Shown here: one piece after another, positions 30,734 through 43,497 of the stretch
How the letters are laid out: every line of letters starts with the position of its first letter
Position numbering within the stretch: the first letter of the stretch is position 1
Assembly: GCA_000091205.1 (NCBI GenBank)
Contig: AP006485.2
Origin: Cyanidioschyzon merolae
Lineage: Eukaryota
DNA length: 64,000 nucleotides
Direction: 5' to 3' (one strand)
Made by a program: the position numbers and the translations under genes
The notes under the pieces: generated by a model
Told to the model about the DNA's origin: nothing
The model's database searches: none
What the model saw: the letters and a program-made list of their open reading frames with translations, nothing else

Positions 30734-32136
30734 TCAAAAAAGGACGAGGTGGACTCCACGCTTGAACCTCAATCTGTTTTGCTCTCTGCATATGACAGCG
30801 CTACGGAGGCACAAAACACTCGAAACGGAAAACGCCCGTGGAACGCAACACGACGCGTTTGAGGTCAGCTTGAAGGCTTTCGAACTTGTTCGTTTCGAGT
30901 CTGGGACCATGCTTGCAGCGTATCGCCACAAACCGCAGGTGCGTTTCGTTTTTCCGCAGCCTCCGCCCGGCTGCTTCAGTGACACGATTCCGGTGGTATC
31001 CACGTATACGTATCTGCTGTTTCTGCAGAGTGCTTCTCGGATTTTATACCTGACGTGTTCAAACATCACCGCATTGGACGTGTTGTCGCAGGTCGCAGTG
31101 CTCGTGGTGCATTCGCAGTCCTGGGCAACGTGCTGCATCAAGGCCTGCACCAGCGCGACCTGCTCCTGATGCAATCCAGATACAGCGTGAGCGTGGATGC
31201 GCCTCACAAAGAAAACGTCGCCTACATTGCTTGTGGATGCCGTGGCCCGCCAGGTATCGCTTGTGGCAACCACTCTCGCAGCAACACATCCCAAGACGAG
31301 TCCCTGTTCCTCGCCTGATCCTTACACTGGGCAGAGCACGCGTGCTTGTGCTGCAGGCCCAGGCGAGGCGCAAGCCAGGTAACTCGAGATTTCAGATCCT
31401 CCTGAAAGAGCTCCATGATTCGAAAATCATCATCTGAACGACTGCGACATGCTCGAAAGTCCCACTCGAGACCAAGGAAGAGTGCACAGCCGCAGGCCGC
31501 AAGCGTATGCGAAGCAACCAAGTGGTCAGGCCCCAAGGCAACTACCCAGGTGTCCGTTTCATCCTTTTTCCGCAGTATCGGCTGCGAGGTGTCAGTCTCA
31601 TGATCTTGACTGGTTCCCTTGGAGAAGCAATCGGGGCGAGCCCCTTCAGGAGCCGTGTGCATTTCCTGGGACATCGATGAATATGCGGCAGCTATCCTAT
31701 CGTGCCGGACAGTTTCCACGAGAAACTGCTGATCCGCGTCCGCACTATGATGCGCTACACTGCAAGGTTCATCGTGTGTGTAGGTACGAGCTGCAGGCTC
31801 AGAATCTTCGTCTTCGAACAGAGTGCGCTCGAGCGTCTCCACAAAACTCCGCATCGAAGTCAAAGCCTTCACGATCTCGACGACGTGTTCTCGAGGATCA
31901 GTCTCTACCTCAGGACCGAAAGAAACAAAAGCATATACTTGTTCGTGATCAGCAGCAAAACCTCGTTCTCGTTGTATCTTCTCGTCGGGACAAGTTGCGG
32001 TGTACACGAACAGCGTACCGCGCAGCTGCTGGCGTGGTGTGTCGCGCCAGCGCAACCACCACCATGGTTCCCGGAGGCTCTGTTGCACCTGCTCCTCTAC
32101 ACAATTGGACTCTAGATGATTGGCGTCATTCGTCAT
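30734..32136 (-). CDS. Hypothetical protein encoded in two overlapping frames (31222-32136 then 30734-31294); frameshift or short intron; function unknown
   Basis: Two protein-like minus-strand ORFs overlap by 72 nt in different frames. The antisense plus-strand ORF (31449-32498) is Arg-rich junk. No diagnostic motif recognised. Confidence 0.3.
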
Positions 32137-32427
32137 GCACCTCCCGTCGAGGGAACACCCCGTTCGCTCACTTCAAGCACCACGTCCGGCGCTGGGCAGT
32201 AGTGCTGTACCAGCGGCAGCGCAGAGGCGTCGAACTGGACCGCTCGCCGAACCGGGCACTTGCCCACGAAGCAACGCAGGTCAGTGGGCGTTCACAAGGC
32301 CTGGTCCAACTCGTCGATACTAGGGGCCTGTTTTGCGACCTGAAAACGTTGTTTCCTCTGCGCGAAACTCACTTTGAAGCCGTTGCGTATACGTACGCGA
32401 GAAACGTAGGGAGCACTGTCACGTCCG

Positions 32428-33546
32428 GTGCTAGCGCAGCTGGGATGCATGACGAGCGACAAGTTCGCTTTGCCCCGACGTCTTCTGGTCTACTGTGACT
32501 CATTGGCCCGACGGCAGCGACTCCTGGAGACGCATTCAGCGACACTGGTGCGTTTACGGGATGCGGGCTATCTGGTGCAGTTGCCGCAAGGCTGGAAACC
32601 GGAAACCACCGCTGACTCGACCTCGGGCGTTGCGAGCGGAAACGTCACCGCTTTCGCAGTGCACTCCTTCTTCGTCGAGCTGGAACGCTATCGACATCAA
32701 CAGCAACCAGGTGCTGCCTGGGTCGGACATACGCTCGTCCACGCACCTCTGCTCGAGTCGACGCAAGACCTGATACGATCTTTTGCGTTTCCCGACGGCA
32801 CGGTTGTCGTGGCAGATCGTCAAGTTTCGGGTCGAGGGCGGCGTGGTGCGACCTGGGACTCGCCCGGTGGAAGTCTCGCGTTTTCGTTGCAACTGGAGCT
32901 GCAGAATGGGTGCGATCAACCCGTGCAGTTCATTCAGTATATCGCTGGACTTGCGTTAGCGGAAAGCATTCCCAATGAAAGTCCCGAGGCCGAGCAGGAG
33001 GCAGCGCGAGCGTTGCATATCAAGTGGCCGAATGATCTCCTTGTGGACGGTCTGAAAGTCGCCGGTATCCTGTGTGAGTCGAGCGTGTTTCGTGATCGCT
33101 TCACCGTCTACGTTGGTATTGGCGTGAACGTTGCCAATGCTGCTCCAACTGCTGCGTTGGCGCAGTTTTCATGGGCAAGTGCTTTGACGCGAGAGCGGTT
33201 GCTTGCGCGTTTTCTGGTAAGGTTTGAACGCTTCCTGACTATATTTCTTGATAAGGGCTGGGTGGCATCGGGTCTTGGGGCTCGCTATACTGCCAGGTGG
33301 TTACATCAGCGACAGCTCGTGCTGCTCGCGGAGACGAACCAGCGCGGGCGAATCATAGGTCTGAGTCAACAGGGCTGTTTGCTCGTTGAACTGGACCCGT
33401 TGTCTGGAGAACGTGGTCGCTCTGGGGCATCTGCCATCGCTGGTCAGGCACAGTGCGAAGCAGGGACATGTTCCCAGTATATTGAAGTGGAGCCAGATGT
33501 CTCCAGTTTTGACTGGCAGCGTGGAATCGTGCAACGCAAGCAATGA
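32428..33546 (+). CDS. Biotin-protein ligase (BirA / holocarboxylase synthetase-like)
   Basis: Biotin-binding loop VVVADRQVSGRGRRGATWDSPGGSLAFSL (GRGRRG-x-W), and the overall BPL catalytic domain plus C-terminal domain length. Confidence 0.8.
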   Translation: MLAQLGCMTSDKFALPRRLLVYCDSLARRQRLLETHSATLVRLRDAGYLVQLPQGWKPETTADSTSGVASGNVTAFAVHSFFVELERYRHQQQPGAAWVGHTLVHAPLLESTQDLIRSFAFPDGTVVVADRQVSGRGRRGATWDSPGGSLAFSLQLELQNGCDQPVQFIQYIAGLALAESIPNESPEAEQEAARALHIKWPNDLLVDGLKVAGILCESSVFRDRFTVYVGIGVNVANAAPTAALAQFSWASALTRERLLARFLVRFERFLTIFLDKGWVASGLGARYTARWLHQRQLVLLAETNQRGRIIGLSQQGCLLVELDPLSGERGRSGASAIAGQAQCEAGTCSQYIEVEPDVSSFDWQRGIVQRKQ

Positions 33547-35232
33547 ACATATCGCTATTCAGGGAGATGTACGGAATACTCGGATCGCGACATTTCGCAT
33601 CCCGCAATCACGAACGAATGTGATCAGTGAGTGGTCCGGAACCCCGCACTGGCACAATGGACGGTATCGGCATGGTATCTCGGAGCGTCCATGGATTCCA
33701 GGAAGAGTCGGACGGAACAGGCGCTGTTCAGCACCAGTCGCCGCTCTGAGCAAACATGCCTAGACCTCCTTTTGTGGAACAGAGCTTGCTATATGCGCTT
33801 CACCTTGACGTTTTGAAACGCATCGTCGAGGCGTTTGCATATCCTTTTATGCCTACGCGACAGCATTTGTGAGTGGCCTCGGGCCTGCTGCCACAGTTGC
33901 GACTGAACGCATACGCATGAAGCGCGTGCCCGAGTTGCCCGCAGCAACCTGTCTACCTGATGGACGACGAGGCGCGAACGTTCATGACGGGATTCGCATC
34001 GATTTCGTCACTCCAGGTGCTCTCGATATCGTTTCCCAGAGTCCATTTCAGGGAAATAATAGGTAAGAAAGAACTGGCTGCACTCATTTCAGATACAGAC
34101 TTTGTCCTGTTATCGACATGTGTCGTTGCGAAGCTCTGCATCCCTCGTTTATATGGGTGTTCTCTTGATACAAACGTGTATGTCATATCCGTACCGGATG
34201 AAAATGCAATACTGAACAGTGCGCTCTGTTCTTAGCTTTCGATTGTTCACCAAACTTGTTTTAGACGTAAAGTCTTGGTATCCTGGTTCCAGTACTGCGG
34301 CATTAGGGATACATACCCCGTTTTAGAGCGAGAGGTCGTTTTCTTTCAAAATGGCTCCCGCGACGCCTTGCCGGTGGATTTCGATATATCGCCGGCATCA
34401 CGACGATGCGCAACGCTCTCGACAAGGACTTGTTTACGTAACCGACATCACTATCCAGCTCAGTTGCATGAGCCCCCTGTCTTCTCCTTTGCTCGCGTTT
34501 GGCACGTTCGCGTCATACATTCTTCAAGTTTTATACATCTGTGTTGCAACGCAACCCACTGGGGCGTCCAATTGTGCCAACGGATCGATAGAGAAAAATA
34601 GGCAACGTCGTACTGTGATGACTTTTCACGGCCTCATGCCTCATGATTACCGCACTTGTCCGGTCAAATCATCGACTACTCTAGGATGACAATGCCTCCT
34701 CTGTTTCTGGCCGTCGATGCACCCGCATACGATAACTGCAAGGTACCTCTTAGGACAGGGGACCTTAGACGCATACATTCCTTCTCTTCCCAAGGAAAAG
34801 GGTCATGGACTCGAAATATATAGCCACCGGCAGCGATCGCCCTCAGAGTCAATTGCGTCAAAGCTTTGCACGAACGCAGCGTAGACGAATCGGAATGGTA
34901 CGACTTGTTCTCGAGCCTGGATCTTCGTTCCCGTATCTGTTTCATTATATACGATGTCGAATTCCACATATCCTCTATCCATTAGAACAGCATGCGCTTG
35001 CGCATGCGGCAGAATGAATACTTTCCCAAAGATCGGTTCGGAAGATGCCCGTGATCGTACAGCACGGTACTCGACGCAGGAACGGATGCAGGTGTTGAAG
35101 CGAGCTTCCTGTACCCGTCAAGCGCATGTACAGAGCGATGAAGCAAGCTTTCGAGTGCCACGGGGCAGCGCACAGAGAAAAAGGAATCGGACTAGTAGTC
35201 ATATATTAGAATACCTGACTGCCTTCATGAAT

Positions 35233-35382
35233 AATGGCTGCGACATCTGCACCGATGCACGACACATTGAAGATGAACATGGCGAGCGAGGCGTCAACCA
35301 CGACGTCCATATCTGCTCCAAGAGCGTCGACAACAATCGAAACGAACGAAATCTTGACTTGAACGCTGCCATCATCACGATC
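35233..35382 (+). pseudogene. TnpB/Fanzor-like C-terminal relic, copy 4 (zinc finger plus degenerate RuvC-III)
   Basis: GCDICTDARHIEDEHGERGVNHDVHICSKSVDNNRNERNLDLNAAIITI has CxxC...C plus LDLNAAI. At nucleotide level gacttgaacgctgccatca matches copy 3 gactttaacgcagccatca at 17 of 19. It lies in an AT-rich 2.3-kb intergenic island. Confidence 0.45.
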
Positions 35383-35994
35383 ATCATCATCATCATCCTT
35401 CGACTCCTGATCATGGAGCTCGAGGGACACCAGAGGCCAGCATCGTGAAAGCCGGAGATACGACAGAGAAGAAAGGAGGCAGTCGTCCAAAAATCCCGAT
35501 AACGCTCATGTTGACAACACTGGGAACATACGCAGAATTTCGTATGTGCATCCGAGGTATCTATCTAGAAACTCTATCCTCTCTGTCTAACTAGAATATG
35601 AAGCATCGACGTCTCATTGGAATGCAGCGCTGCCGATCCAGCGCAACCCCGAAGGACGTCGTGCGGCATACCGTCGACGCTGTTACACCGGCTTTTGCGT
35701 TGTTGCAGGCACAAGGGCACCAACACAGGCGAGCAAGCAGTTCATGATCATCATCAAGTCGTTTCTTGGGGCTTACTGCTGTCTTAAAGTGTACACACAA
35801 CGTTGATCTAGAAAAGACGGAGCTTTCAGAGAGCTGCTTCCGATTTGGACACCACGGGAAGGATCGCTTTCACCGGCTACCTCATTTAGCGAGTGCTCGC
35901 TTCCATAAACCGTGCGTCGCCTTTTCATCGAGCGAGCGAACACCAAGAAGCAGCTTTTATGAAACTGAATCAAGCGCATTCGTCTCAAGCTACC

Positions 35995-38823
35995 ATGGCA
36001 AAGCGTCGGACCAAATCCACCGGGCACAGCAGCTCGGCACCGTCCGTCGTCGTTCAGGACAACGCACTACAGCAGGACATTTTGGCCGTGATGCAAGAAA
36101 TTGGCCTCGAAAATCCGGTGCAGGACATCCAAACGCCTTCAGTACCAGAAGTCTCGCCCACGAGCTCTGCTGCTGGCTCTCAGCGAAGGAAGCGCCAACG
36201 TCTCGCAGCGGAGGTCGCTGCCGGGCCCCAGAGCACCGAGGGCATGCAGCGCAGGCACCATGAACCCGCCGGAACAACCGTGGAACACGCTACATTCGAA
36301 ACGCGAATACCATCGAAACCGTTCATCGCGACGCCGCGTCTGCCAGAGCTACCCGTCCCGGTGAAAGCACTGCTCCGGGACGAAGACCTTCAAGCCGAGC
36401 ACTGGTATGAAGCTATCCCGGCTGCTGTGCCGCCGCTCAAGTCCTCGTGTCAACCCAAGGCATCTGAGGAAGTCGCAGCAGACATCATTCGTCGTCTGGA
36501 AGAAACCGGCCTGGAAACATTGCGTGCAGTGAGCCAACTCTATCATGAGCGGAAACAACGCCATGTACCGTCACGGACGCCGCTCAGTGGACCTGAGCTT
36601 GCATCCTTGCCGGCTCTGGGTGCTAAACAGCTGACCCTCATGGATCGCATTGCAACATTGGCTATGGATATCCGACGAGCACCGCTGTATTACCTGGATG
36701 AGCTGACGCAACTCATTGACGTGGCGACGACGACGTGCAAGAAACGGCGTAAGGAGCGATGGACGGCAATCGAAGCTCTGAAGGAGCTCTTCATCGAGCA
36801 GCTGCTTCCTCCGAGTCGGAAGCTGTGCGCTTTCCAGCAACGTGACTGGGCAACCTGGTATGCTGAGCAAGGCGCACAGGTGGTGGCGGTAGCGGTAACG
36901 AATGAGAGGACGTCACAGGCGCCACCATCAATGACGGCAACGGAACGTGCTCAGGTCTGCAGCGCGTTCCGAGTCCTCATGTTCAGTGCCTTCGAGTCCG
37001 CTGTGAAGGCCCAGTATGCGCGCTTTCTTGTCGAGGCACTCACGGATAGCGCTCAGGACCCGATAGAGTTCCTGGCGACGCGTGCACTCGGTGCCGCGTT
37101 GGACTTGCTGGTAGCTTGTCCCGAGCAAGAGCAAGCCCTGCTCGATCTGCTGGTTACCAAGCTGGGTTCACCCCATCGTGCGCTTTCCAGCAAAGCGTAC
37201 CATTCTTTGGAACTCTTGATCCAAAAGCACCATCCAGCAATGCGTTTGGTTGTTGCTCGGCATATTTTGCAGCTCGGTATCGAGTCGCTTCCGAACTTGA
37301 CCACGGACCGTTCCAATCGTCTGCTCTACCTCTGCGTTCGCTTCCTGGCTCATGTGATGCTCCATCGAGACCGGCCTGGTGATCGAGCGTTTGCTGCAAC
37401 GCTGCTCTCCTTTTACCTGGGCACCTTTCGAATCCTCCTGGAACGGCAGCGCTTTGACAGCCGTCTCTGCACAGCGGTGCTGGAAGGTCTCCAACGGGTG
37501 CTTCCCTTCATCTCTGAAGGCATCTCCAACAACAACAACAGGGATAACTCCGATTTTGCGCAACAGCAAGAGACACTCAAGAACCAGATCGATGGGCTGT
37601 ACCTGCTGGTGCACCGCGGGAACCTCGAGACCTCGATACGCTCACTGATGGTGCTTTATCGTCTCGGTGCAACGGATCGGTTTTATCGGGCACTATACGA
37701 GACGCTTGCATCACCCAGGTTATGGTATGCTGCTGGGTCTCGGATTACAGCGCTGTGTAATATCTGTTATTGGAGCATGAAAGCGGACACATGTGTCTCA
37801 CGTCTGCTCGCACTGGTGAAACGTCTGTTGAGTTTGGCCCTGCAGGCACCGGCAGCGACGGCAGCAGGCATCTTGCTGATGCTCAGCGAGCTGATTTTTC
37901 GCTCAGGACAGGAAGCATTCCGTTTGGACGCGCAGAAGCAACTTTTGCGGATACGACAAGCATTAGGCGAGGGCTCGTCTGAAGAGCGCGTGGTAGCACC
38001 GCATCAGCGCACAGCGCCGAGGACGTTCGAAGCAACACCAGACCAAGTGCCGTCGACGTCGCTGGTAGTTGCGCAAACCGTGGATGCACGAGCGTCTGTT
38101 GTACGGACAGCAGCTCGACAAGAAAGCGCATCGAACTGGACGACGACGACGACAACGACAACAACAACCTACGATATGAGCAAGCGTGAGCCCAAGTTCG
38201 CGGGAGCGGAGGCAGCTGCATGGTGCGAGCTTGCGCTCCTGCGATGCCACTACCAGCCCACGGTAGCCGCTTTCGCGGAAGCACTCATTCAGGGTCAAGC
38301 GATTCACTACAAAGGGGACCCGCTCGAAGATCACGCACATGCTGCGTTTCTTGATCGCTTGGTACGCAAAAAACCCAAATCATCGCCACCGATTGCCAGA
38401 ATGCATAGCGCTTTCGCGGAGCCTCGTTCATTGCCGGGAACGCCTTCTGTCTTGGATGTGGCGACGGGACGCACAAGTGCAGCACCAGCGAGCACATCGC
38501 GTGAAGGCGCTGAGGTGCGGCACTTGCACACTGCCGACGCCGAGGTCATTCCCAGCATGGACAAAGCACCTAACTTGCATGCGCTCTCTGTGCCCGCAGC
38601 TGAACGGTCGCCTCGCGGGCGAACGTCCATAATGGCGAATGGGATGCAAGGAGCTCCTCAAGAGGTCGCACATCATCTCCGTATCGATAGCCTCGAGGCG
38701 AGTCATCGAAGCACAAGCGCCGACGAGTCCTCCTTAGCGCATAGCAGTGAAGATGAAGAAGAGCAAGCCATATGGGCAGCGATGGAGGATTCACTCGCCA
38801 AACAGGGTATGCTGCTTTCGGAT

Positions 38824-38858
<35 letters not shown>

Positions 38859-39135
38859 ACTGTCATCTTCCGAGTCCGAGTCCGAGTCCGAGTCAGCGAT
38901 ACCACCAAGGCGTGCCGCTGCAACGCGTCCGCAGCGCACGTCACCGCATGCTGCTGCTCAAGGCACGCGAGCGCTGGGCGTTGTACCGACTACACGCAAC
39001 GGGCCTCGAGGCGCCTCTGTTGCAAGCAGGAGCAAAAAGCCCAGCACCCAGCGGAAGCGTATTCGAGAGCCGGGGCGAGCCAGTCGGCGTGTTCCGGATC
39101 GATCCAAGGTACCACGTGCACGGCTGCTCTCATGA
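35995..39135 (+). CDS. Large nucleolar CBF/Mak21 (Noc1/CEBPZ)-like ARM-type protein with acidic poly-D/SE tracts and a basic C-terminus (tentative); start uncertain (ORF open from 35893)
   Basis: 1,046-1,080-aa uninterrupted ORF. Helical repeat body (ILLMLSELIFRSGQEAFRLDAQKQLL), a poly-Thr stretch, DDDDDDDDDDDDELSSSESESESES and a Lys/Arg-rich tail, as in ribosome-biogenesis Noc proteins. Confidence 0.4.
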
Positions 39136-39880
39136 GGTAAAGTGAGGTAAAGCGCACCGTAAGAATCCTCGTGTTGCAGGAGTAGCGAAGATCACACGGC
39201 ATGACCAGGCCAACACGTTTCACTGCGCACTGGTCACCGTCGTACGGTATCGCTAGCAACGCTTTCCGCGACACTTGTTTACATTCCAGAGCAGGAAAGC
39301 GTCATCGCGTTCGATGCTGGGTGCCATGACCCATCATCATCATCATGACGAGACAGCTTCCGAACAGAGAGAGCAGTCCACCAGCGGGCGCAGCCGTTGT
39401 ATGCACACAGGCTTCGTCGCCAAGGCATCATAGGTAACATCGTTCGACTACGATGGTGTGTCTGCTGGTCTTGGTGCAGGTCGAGAAAGTACCGGCCCCC
39501 CGGACGGAAACACAGCGGCGCCTCTTGCGATAACCTGGTTCATTGAAAGCGTCAGCTGCGCACAAGGAATCACCAAAGGCGAGCTTGCGCGTGAGCAAGC
39601 ATCCGCTGCCTGGCTTTCAAGGCCGTACTGGTGATTTCATCCACGAAAGAGTATTCCTGGTACGGAAATGCCCAGGTACAGATCGATTTCGCGATTCGAC
39701 GTATGCGGGAAAGCGCAGCAGCGGTCTACGGGAATACGTCCAGTGCGCACACAAGTAGCTTCTAGGAAAGCGCTCCACGTGGGTACGTCTACCCAGAGCA
39801 TATGTCAACGAAGGATCGCGAAAGGTCACCGCTTACCGCAACGATGCGCTTTGCTCGGATACTTTGGCTTGTTCATGCAC

Positions 39881-39942
39881 ACACACACACACAAACGCAG
39901 AGAAACACATCCATCTATCTATCCATCTATCTATCCATATAG
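39881..39942. repeat. Compound microsatellite (CA)n followed by (ATCT/ATCC)n
   Basis: cacacacacacacaaacgcagagaaacacatccatctatctatccatctatctatccat. Confidence 0.85.
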
Positions 39943-40059
39943 CGAACACTGCATTGGGCATCCCAGCGCCCTTTCGCAGTCGACAGACCTGTCTTGGATG
40001 CGGTTCGTTACCGCAGCTGCATTCCGCGAAACTTGCACGACTTGAACAACACGCTGTGT

Positions 40060-42474
40060 CTAATTGCCGAGGCCGTTGCGTTGCTGAACTTGTGGCTGCT
40101 CCGTTCGTCCATCTGGAATCTCGATAAACTGCATCACATCGCCTTCACGCAGCCACATTTGGTCACAGCGGTAGTAGCCGCGGCGTTCAAACTGAATCAC
40201 CGAACCCACCGAGAGCAAACGAGTATTGATATCGGCCCAGACGGGAGTGATTCGTTTGGAAACCTCGTTGGGAACGGCGTACGTGGCAAGTTCGTCGCCT
40301 TCTTCGAGTTTTTCCTTGTTCAATACGTACCCGTAACGAACGAGCTCTGCGAGAACGAGCTCCGGATCCATCGTTAACCATGTCAGTTTCTTGGTCTTCT
40401 TGAAATCCCTATCTTCGGGCATGAAACGTAGCGATAGCCGCCTAGCTGGGCGATCCACTTCCTCAACGCGAGCGTTGCCAAGATCCATGAGCGTCACGAT
40501 CTCACCGATGGTGAGCGATTCAGCATCGTCGGGTTCCAGAATGATGCTAGTTCCAAGTACCAGCACCTTGGTGCCCAGCTCGGGGTTCTTCTTGTGACGT
40601 GGAACACTCCGCAGGAGTGGCTCCGAATCAGCGCGCTGGTGCCAGTCCGGCAACGACTCCAGTCCCGTGAGCGTCGCAGCCCAGTGCTCGTGACGTGCAA
40701 TCGCTGTATGCCGAGGGGCTATCGGATCGATTACCCGCTTATTTGTTGTCCATATCTTGTCCCACTGCTGGAAGGTGATGTTGCGGCTGGGGCCCTGCGA
40801 AAGGATGAATGCACGGAGCGCATTGACGTGCATGCCACGCCTCAGGATGCCGCGCACCGTTGGCATACGTGGATCATCCCAACCGTCCACATAGCCGTGA
40901 TCGACTAGCCAGGTTAACTTGCGTTTGCTCAATACCGTATACACGAAGCTGAGACGTGAATAGGTCCAGACTCGAGGGCAGCGTAGACCTGCCGCTTGGC
41001 ACATCCAGATATATTGGGCCTCACGATCCTGGTATTCGCTGGTACGCAAGGCATGTGTGACACCCTCGAGAGAGTCCACAATCGGACATGCAAAGTCGTA
41101 TGACGGATATACCCGGTACCGGGTGCCGGTCCGGTGGTGTGAAACTGCTGTTCCAGCACCGGTTTGAGCGTCGGCAGGCGCTCCGGCAATACGATAGATG
41201 ACCGGGTCACGGAGTGAAGCGTTCTTTGATTGCATATCAATCTTAGCCCGGACACAACAACCGGATGCCTCTGGCAGACCCTCTTTCATAGCCTTCCACA
41301 AACGGAGGTTTTCCTCAACGCTCTGATTGCGATAGGCGCTCTCAATGCAATGCAGACGCTGTTCGCGCATGACAGCAACCTCTGTACGGTCTACGTAGGC
41401 GTTGCCGTCTCGAATAAACTTTTCGCACCACTCCAGGAGCACATCGAAGTAGTCACTCGTCCATTCGATGCGATCAGGCCGAACGTCGAGTGCTGCGCAA
41501 TCAGCCAGGATGCTCTCCTCGTACTCCATTTTCTCTTTCGAGGGATTGGTATCATCGAATCGCAGGATGAGCTCACCACCGTAGATCCGTGCAAAATAGT
41601 CGTTCAGGAGCAGCGCTTTGGCATGGCCGATGTGCAGGTAACCAGATGGCTCTGGCGGAAAGCGCGTCACCACACGGCCAAACTGAGCGTCCGGCAACTG
41701 GATATCAAAAGAGGCAGCTGCTCCAACCAAACGCATCACCTGATCCCACCCGCCTACCGTCTGGGAGAGTGCATCTGCCGCTCGTTCCAGCGCAGATGCT
41801 ATAAATGGCTGATTCTCCATGAAGTTCATCCATCGGGCCAGGTGAACAAACTTGGTGCGCGCTTTCCCGAGAGTGTCGGCAGGCAGAACACAGAGTTCCG
41901 CCTCTACCAGATCCATCAGGTGACCTTTGGGGTTCCCCGCTTGCTGCTCGAGCTTTGCGCGCTGCCCAGCGGTGAGCCCTCGGCGATTTCGAAGCCGTGC
42001 GAACAGGTAGAGATCAGCAACCGTTGGCTCGTAGTCTACGAGAAAACTGCGCAACACGAACCTTTCATCGAGTGCTGCTAGATACGCCTCTAGCGCAGCG
42101 CCAGCCAACGAGCCTGTGCGAGCGAGTTCCTTGATCGTACTGCGTGTTTCATCCATGCACGCTTTTACCAGTGACTCGATGACCGGTGTCCAGCCAAGCA
42201 GTGCGCGCATTGACCCGTCCATGTGAAGGATCCTGGCCAATTCCAGAGACACCTCATAGTCACCGGTAATAAAGTTTGCGTTTTGAAGCTCCGGCAGCGA
42301 CACGTCTCTGGACAACGACACCGTTATGTCCACAGGCCACGCTAATTGCGCGTTTTCAACATAAGCGACGATAAGGCTTGCAGCGTGCAGCTCTCCGTTA
42401 GCCGGTAGACGCAACGACCAGTGGTCGCGTGACGTGTCATCAGTACTGGGCACCATGAATGATCTCAGCTGCAA
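40060..42474 (-). CDS. Glutaminyl-tRNA synthetase (class I), eukaryotic type with an N-terminal appended domain
   Basis: HIGH region FPPEPSGYLHIGHAKALLLN (nearly identical to the canonical GlnRS block), KMSKS variant VLSKRKLT, and an 804-aa length. Confidence 0.95.
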   Translation of the reverse strand: MQLRSFMVPSTDDTSRDHWSLRLPANGELHAASLIVAYVENAQLAWPVDITVSLSRDVSLPELQNANFITGDYEVSLELARILHMDGSMRALLGWTPVIESLVKACMDETRSTIKELARTGSLAGAALEAYLAALDERFVLRSFLVDYEPTVADLYLFARLRNRRGLTAGQRAKLEQQAGNPKGHLMDLVEAELCVLPADTLGKARTKFVHLARWMNFMENQPFIASALERAADALSQTVGGWDQVMRLVGAAASFDIQLPDAQFGRVVTRFPPEPSGYLHIGHAKALLLNDYFARIYGGELILRFDDTNPSKEKMEYEESILADCAALDVRPDRIEWTSDYFDVLLEWCEKFIRDGNAYVDRTEVAVMREQRLHCIESAYRNQSVEENLRLWKAMKEGLPEASGCCVRAKIDMQSKNASLRDPVIYRIAGAPADAQTGAGTAVSHHRTGTRYRVYPSYDFACPIVDSLEGVTHALRTSEYQDREAQYIWMCQAAGLRCPRVWTYSRLSFVYTVLSKRKLTWLVDHGYVDGWDDPRMPTVRGILRRGMHVNALRAFILSQGPSRNITFQQWDKIWTTNKRVIDPIAPRHTAIARHEHWAATLTGLESLPDWHQRADSEPLLRSVPRHKKNPELGTKVLVLGTSIILEPDDAESLTIGEIVTLMDLGNARVEEVDRPARRLSLRFMPEDRDFKKTKKLTWLTMDPELVLAELVRYGYVLNKEKLEEGDELATYAVPNEVSKRITPVWADINTRLLSVGSVIQFERRGYYRCDQMWLREGDVMQFIEIPDGRTEQPQVQQRNGLGN

Positions 42475-42935
42475 AGCCCAGCTGAGAACGTCACCGGTTG
42501 TGGTATGGAAGCCAAGAGCTAGCGAGTTTTTCGACGCGCCGCAGCGTCGATGCTACGATCGGGATTCAAGCAGCAGTGGGCGCTTTTCGAGGAGGAGTCA
42601 GCTGATTCGTTGGTAGGAATAACGAGGATTTCTTTTGTTCTTTTTGACGGAAAGATTGTTTATAGGAATCCTTGGGAGCCCATACTGATCAGCGCACGTT
42701 AGCTTCTAGGGAAGCGCGTGGCACAGAGCTTCGTGGATACGGCACGAGACCGCTCGGGAGTAGATTTCGAAGGTTGCGTTTCATTATCAGGAATCGCAAT
42801 CTAATGGAAGACAGCGCACTTTATGTATGCATGAAATAAGTTCAGTATGCAACGAATCATTGTCTTGCAACAGAGTGAGCACTGGAGGCGCCTCCCAAAG
42901 AGACCCTGGGTGCTCTGAAAGCGCTTCGACAATAC

Positions 42936-43497
42936 GTCAGCGTTGGAAAAGACCTGATTTCGGAAACAGATAAGAGAAGCAGAACCTTCGCATATGTTTC
43001 GCAGGCCGATGATGTATCAGCGTTGGCAAAAAGACCTGATTTCGGAAACAGATAAGAGAAGCAGAACCTTCGCATATGTTTCGCAGGCCGATGATGTATC
43101 AGCGTTGGCAAAAAGACCTGATTTCGGAAACAGATAAGAGAAGCAGAACCTTCGCATATGTTTCGCAGGCCGATGATGTATCAGCGTTGGCAAAAAGACC
43201 TGATTTCGGAAACAGATAAGAGAAGCAGAACCTTCGCATATGTTTCGCAGGCCGATGATGTATCAGCGTTGGCAAAAAGACCTGATTTCGGAAACAGATA
43301 AGAGAAGCAGAACCTTCGCATATGTTTCGCAGGCCGATGATGTATCAGCGTTGGCAAAAAGACCTGATTTCGGAAACAGATAAGAGAAGCAGAACCTTCG
43401 CATATGTTTCGCAGGCCGATGATGTATCAGCGTTGGCAAAAAGACCTGATTTCGGAAACAGATAAGAGAAGCAGAACCTTCGCATATGTTTCGCAGG
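42936..43497. repeat. Minisatellite, 82-bp unit x about 6.8
   Basis: Unit gccgatgatgtatcagcgttggcaaaaagacctgatttcggaaacagataagagaagcagaaccttcgcatatgtttcgcag recurs with exact 82-bp spacing, about 460 bp upstream of the GlnRS start on the opposite strand. The overlapping ORFs are repeat artefacts. Confidence 0.95.

Noticed and set aside
31449-32498. 349-aa plus-strand ORF
   Set aside because: Arg/Ser/Pro-rich low-complexity translation antisense to a better protein-like minus-strand gene. It is a composition artefact.
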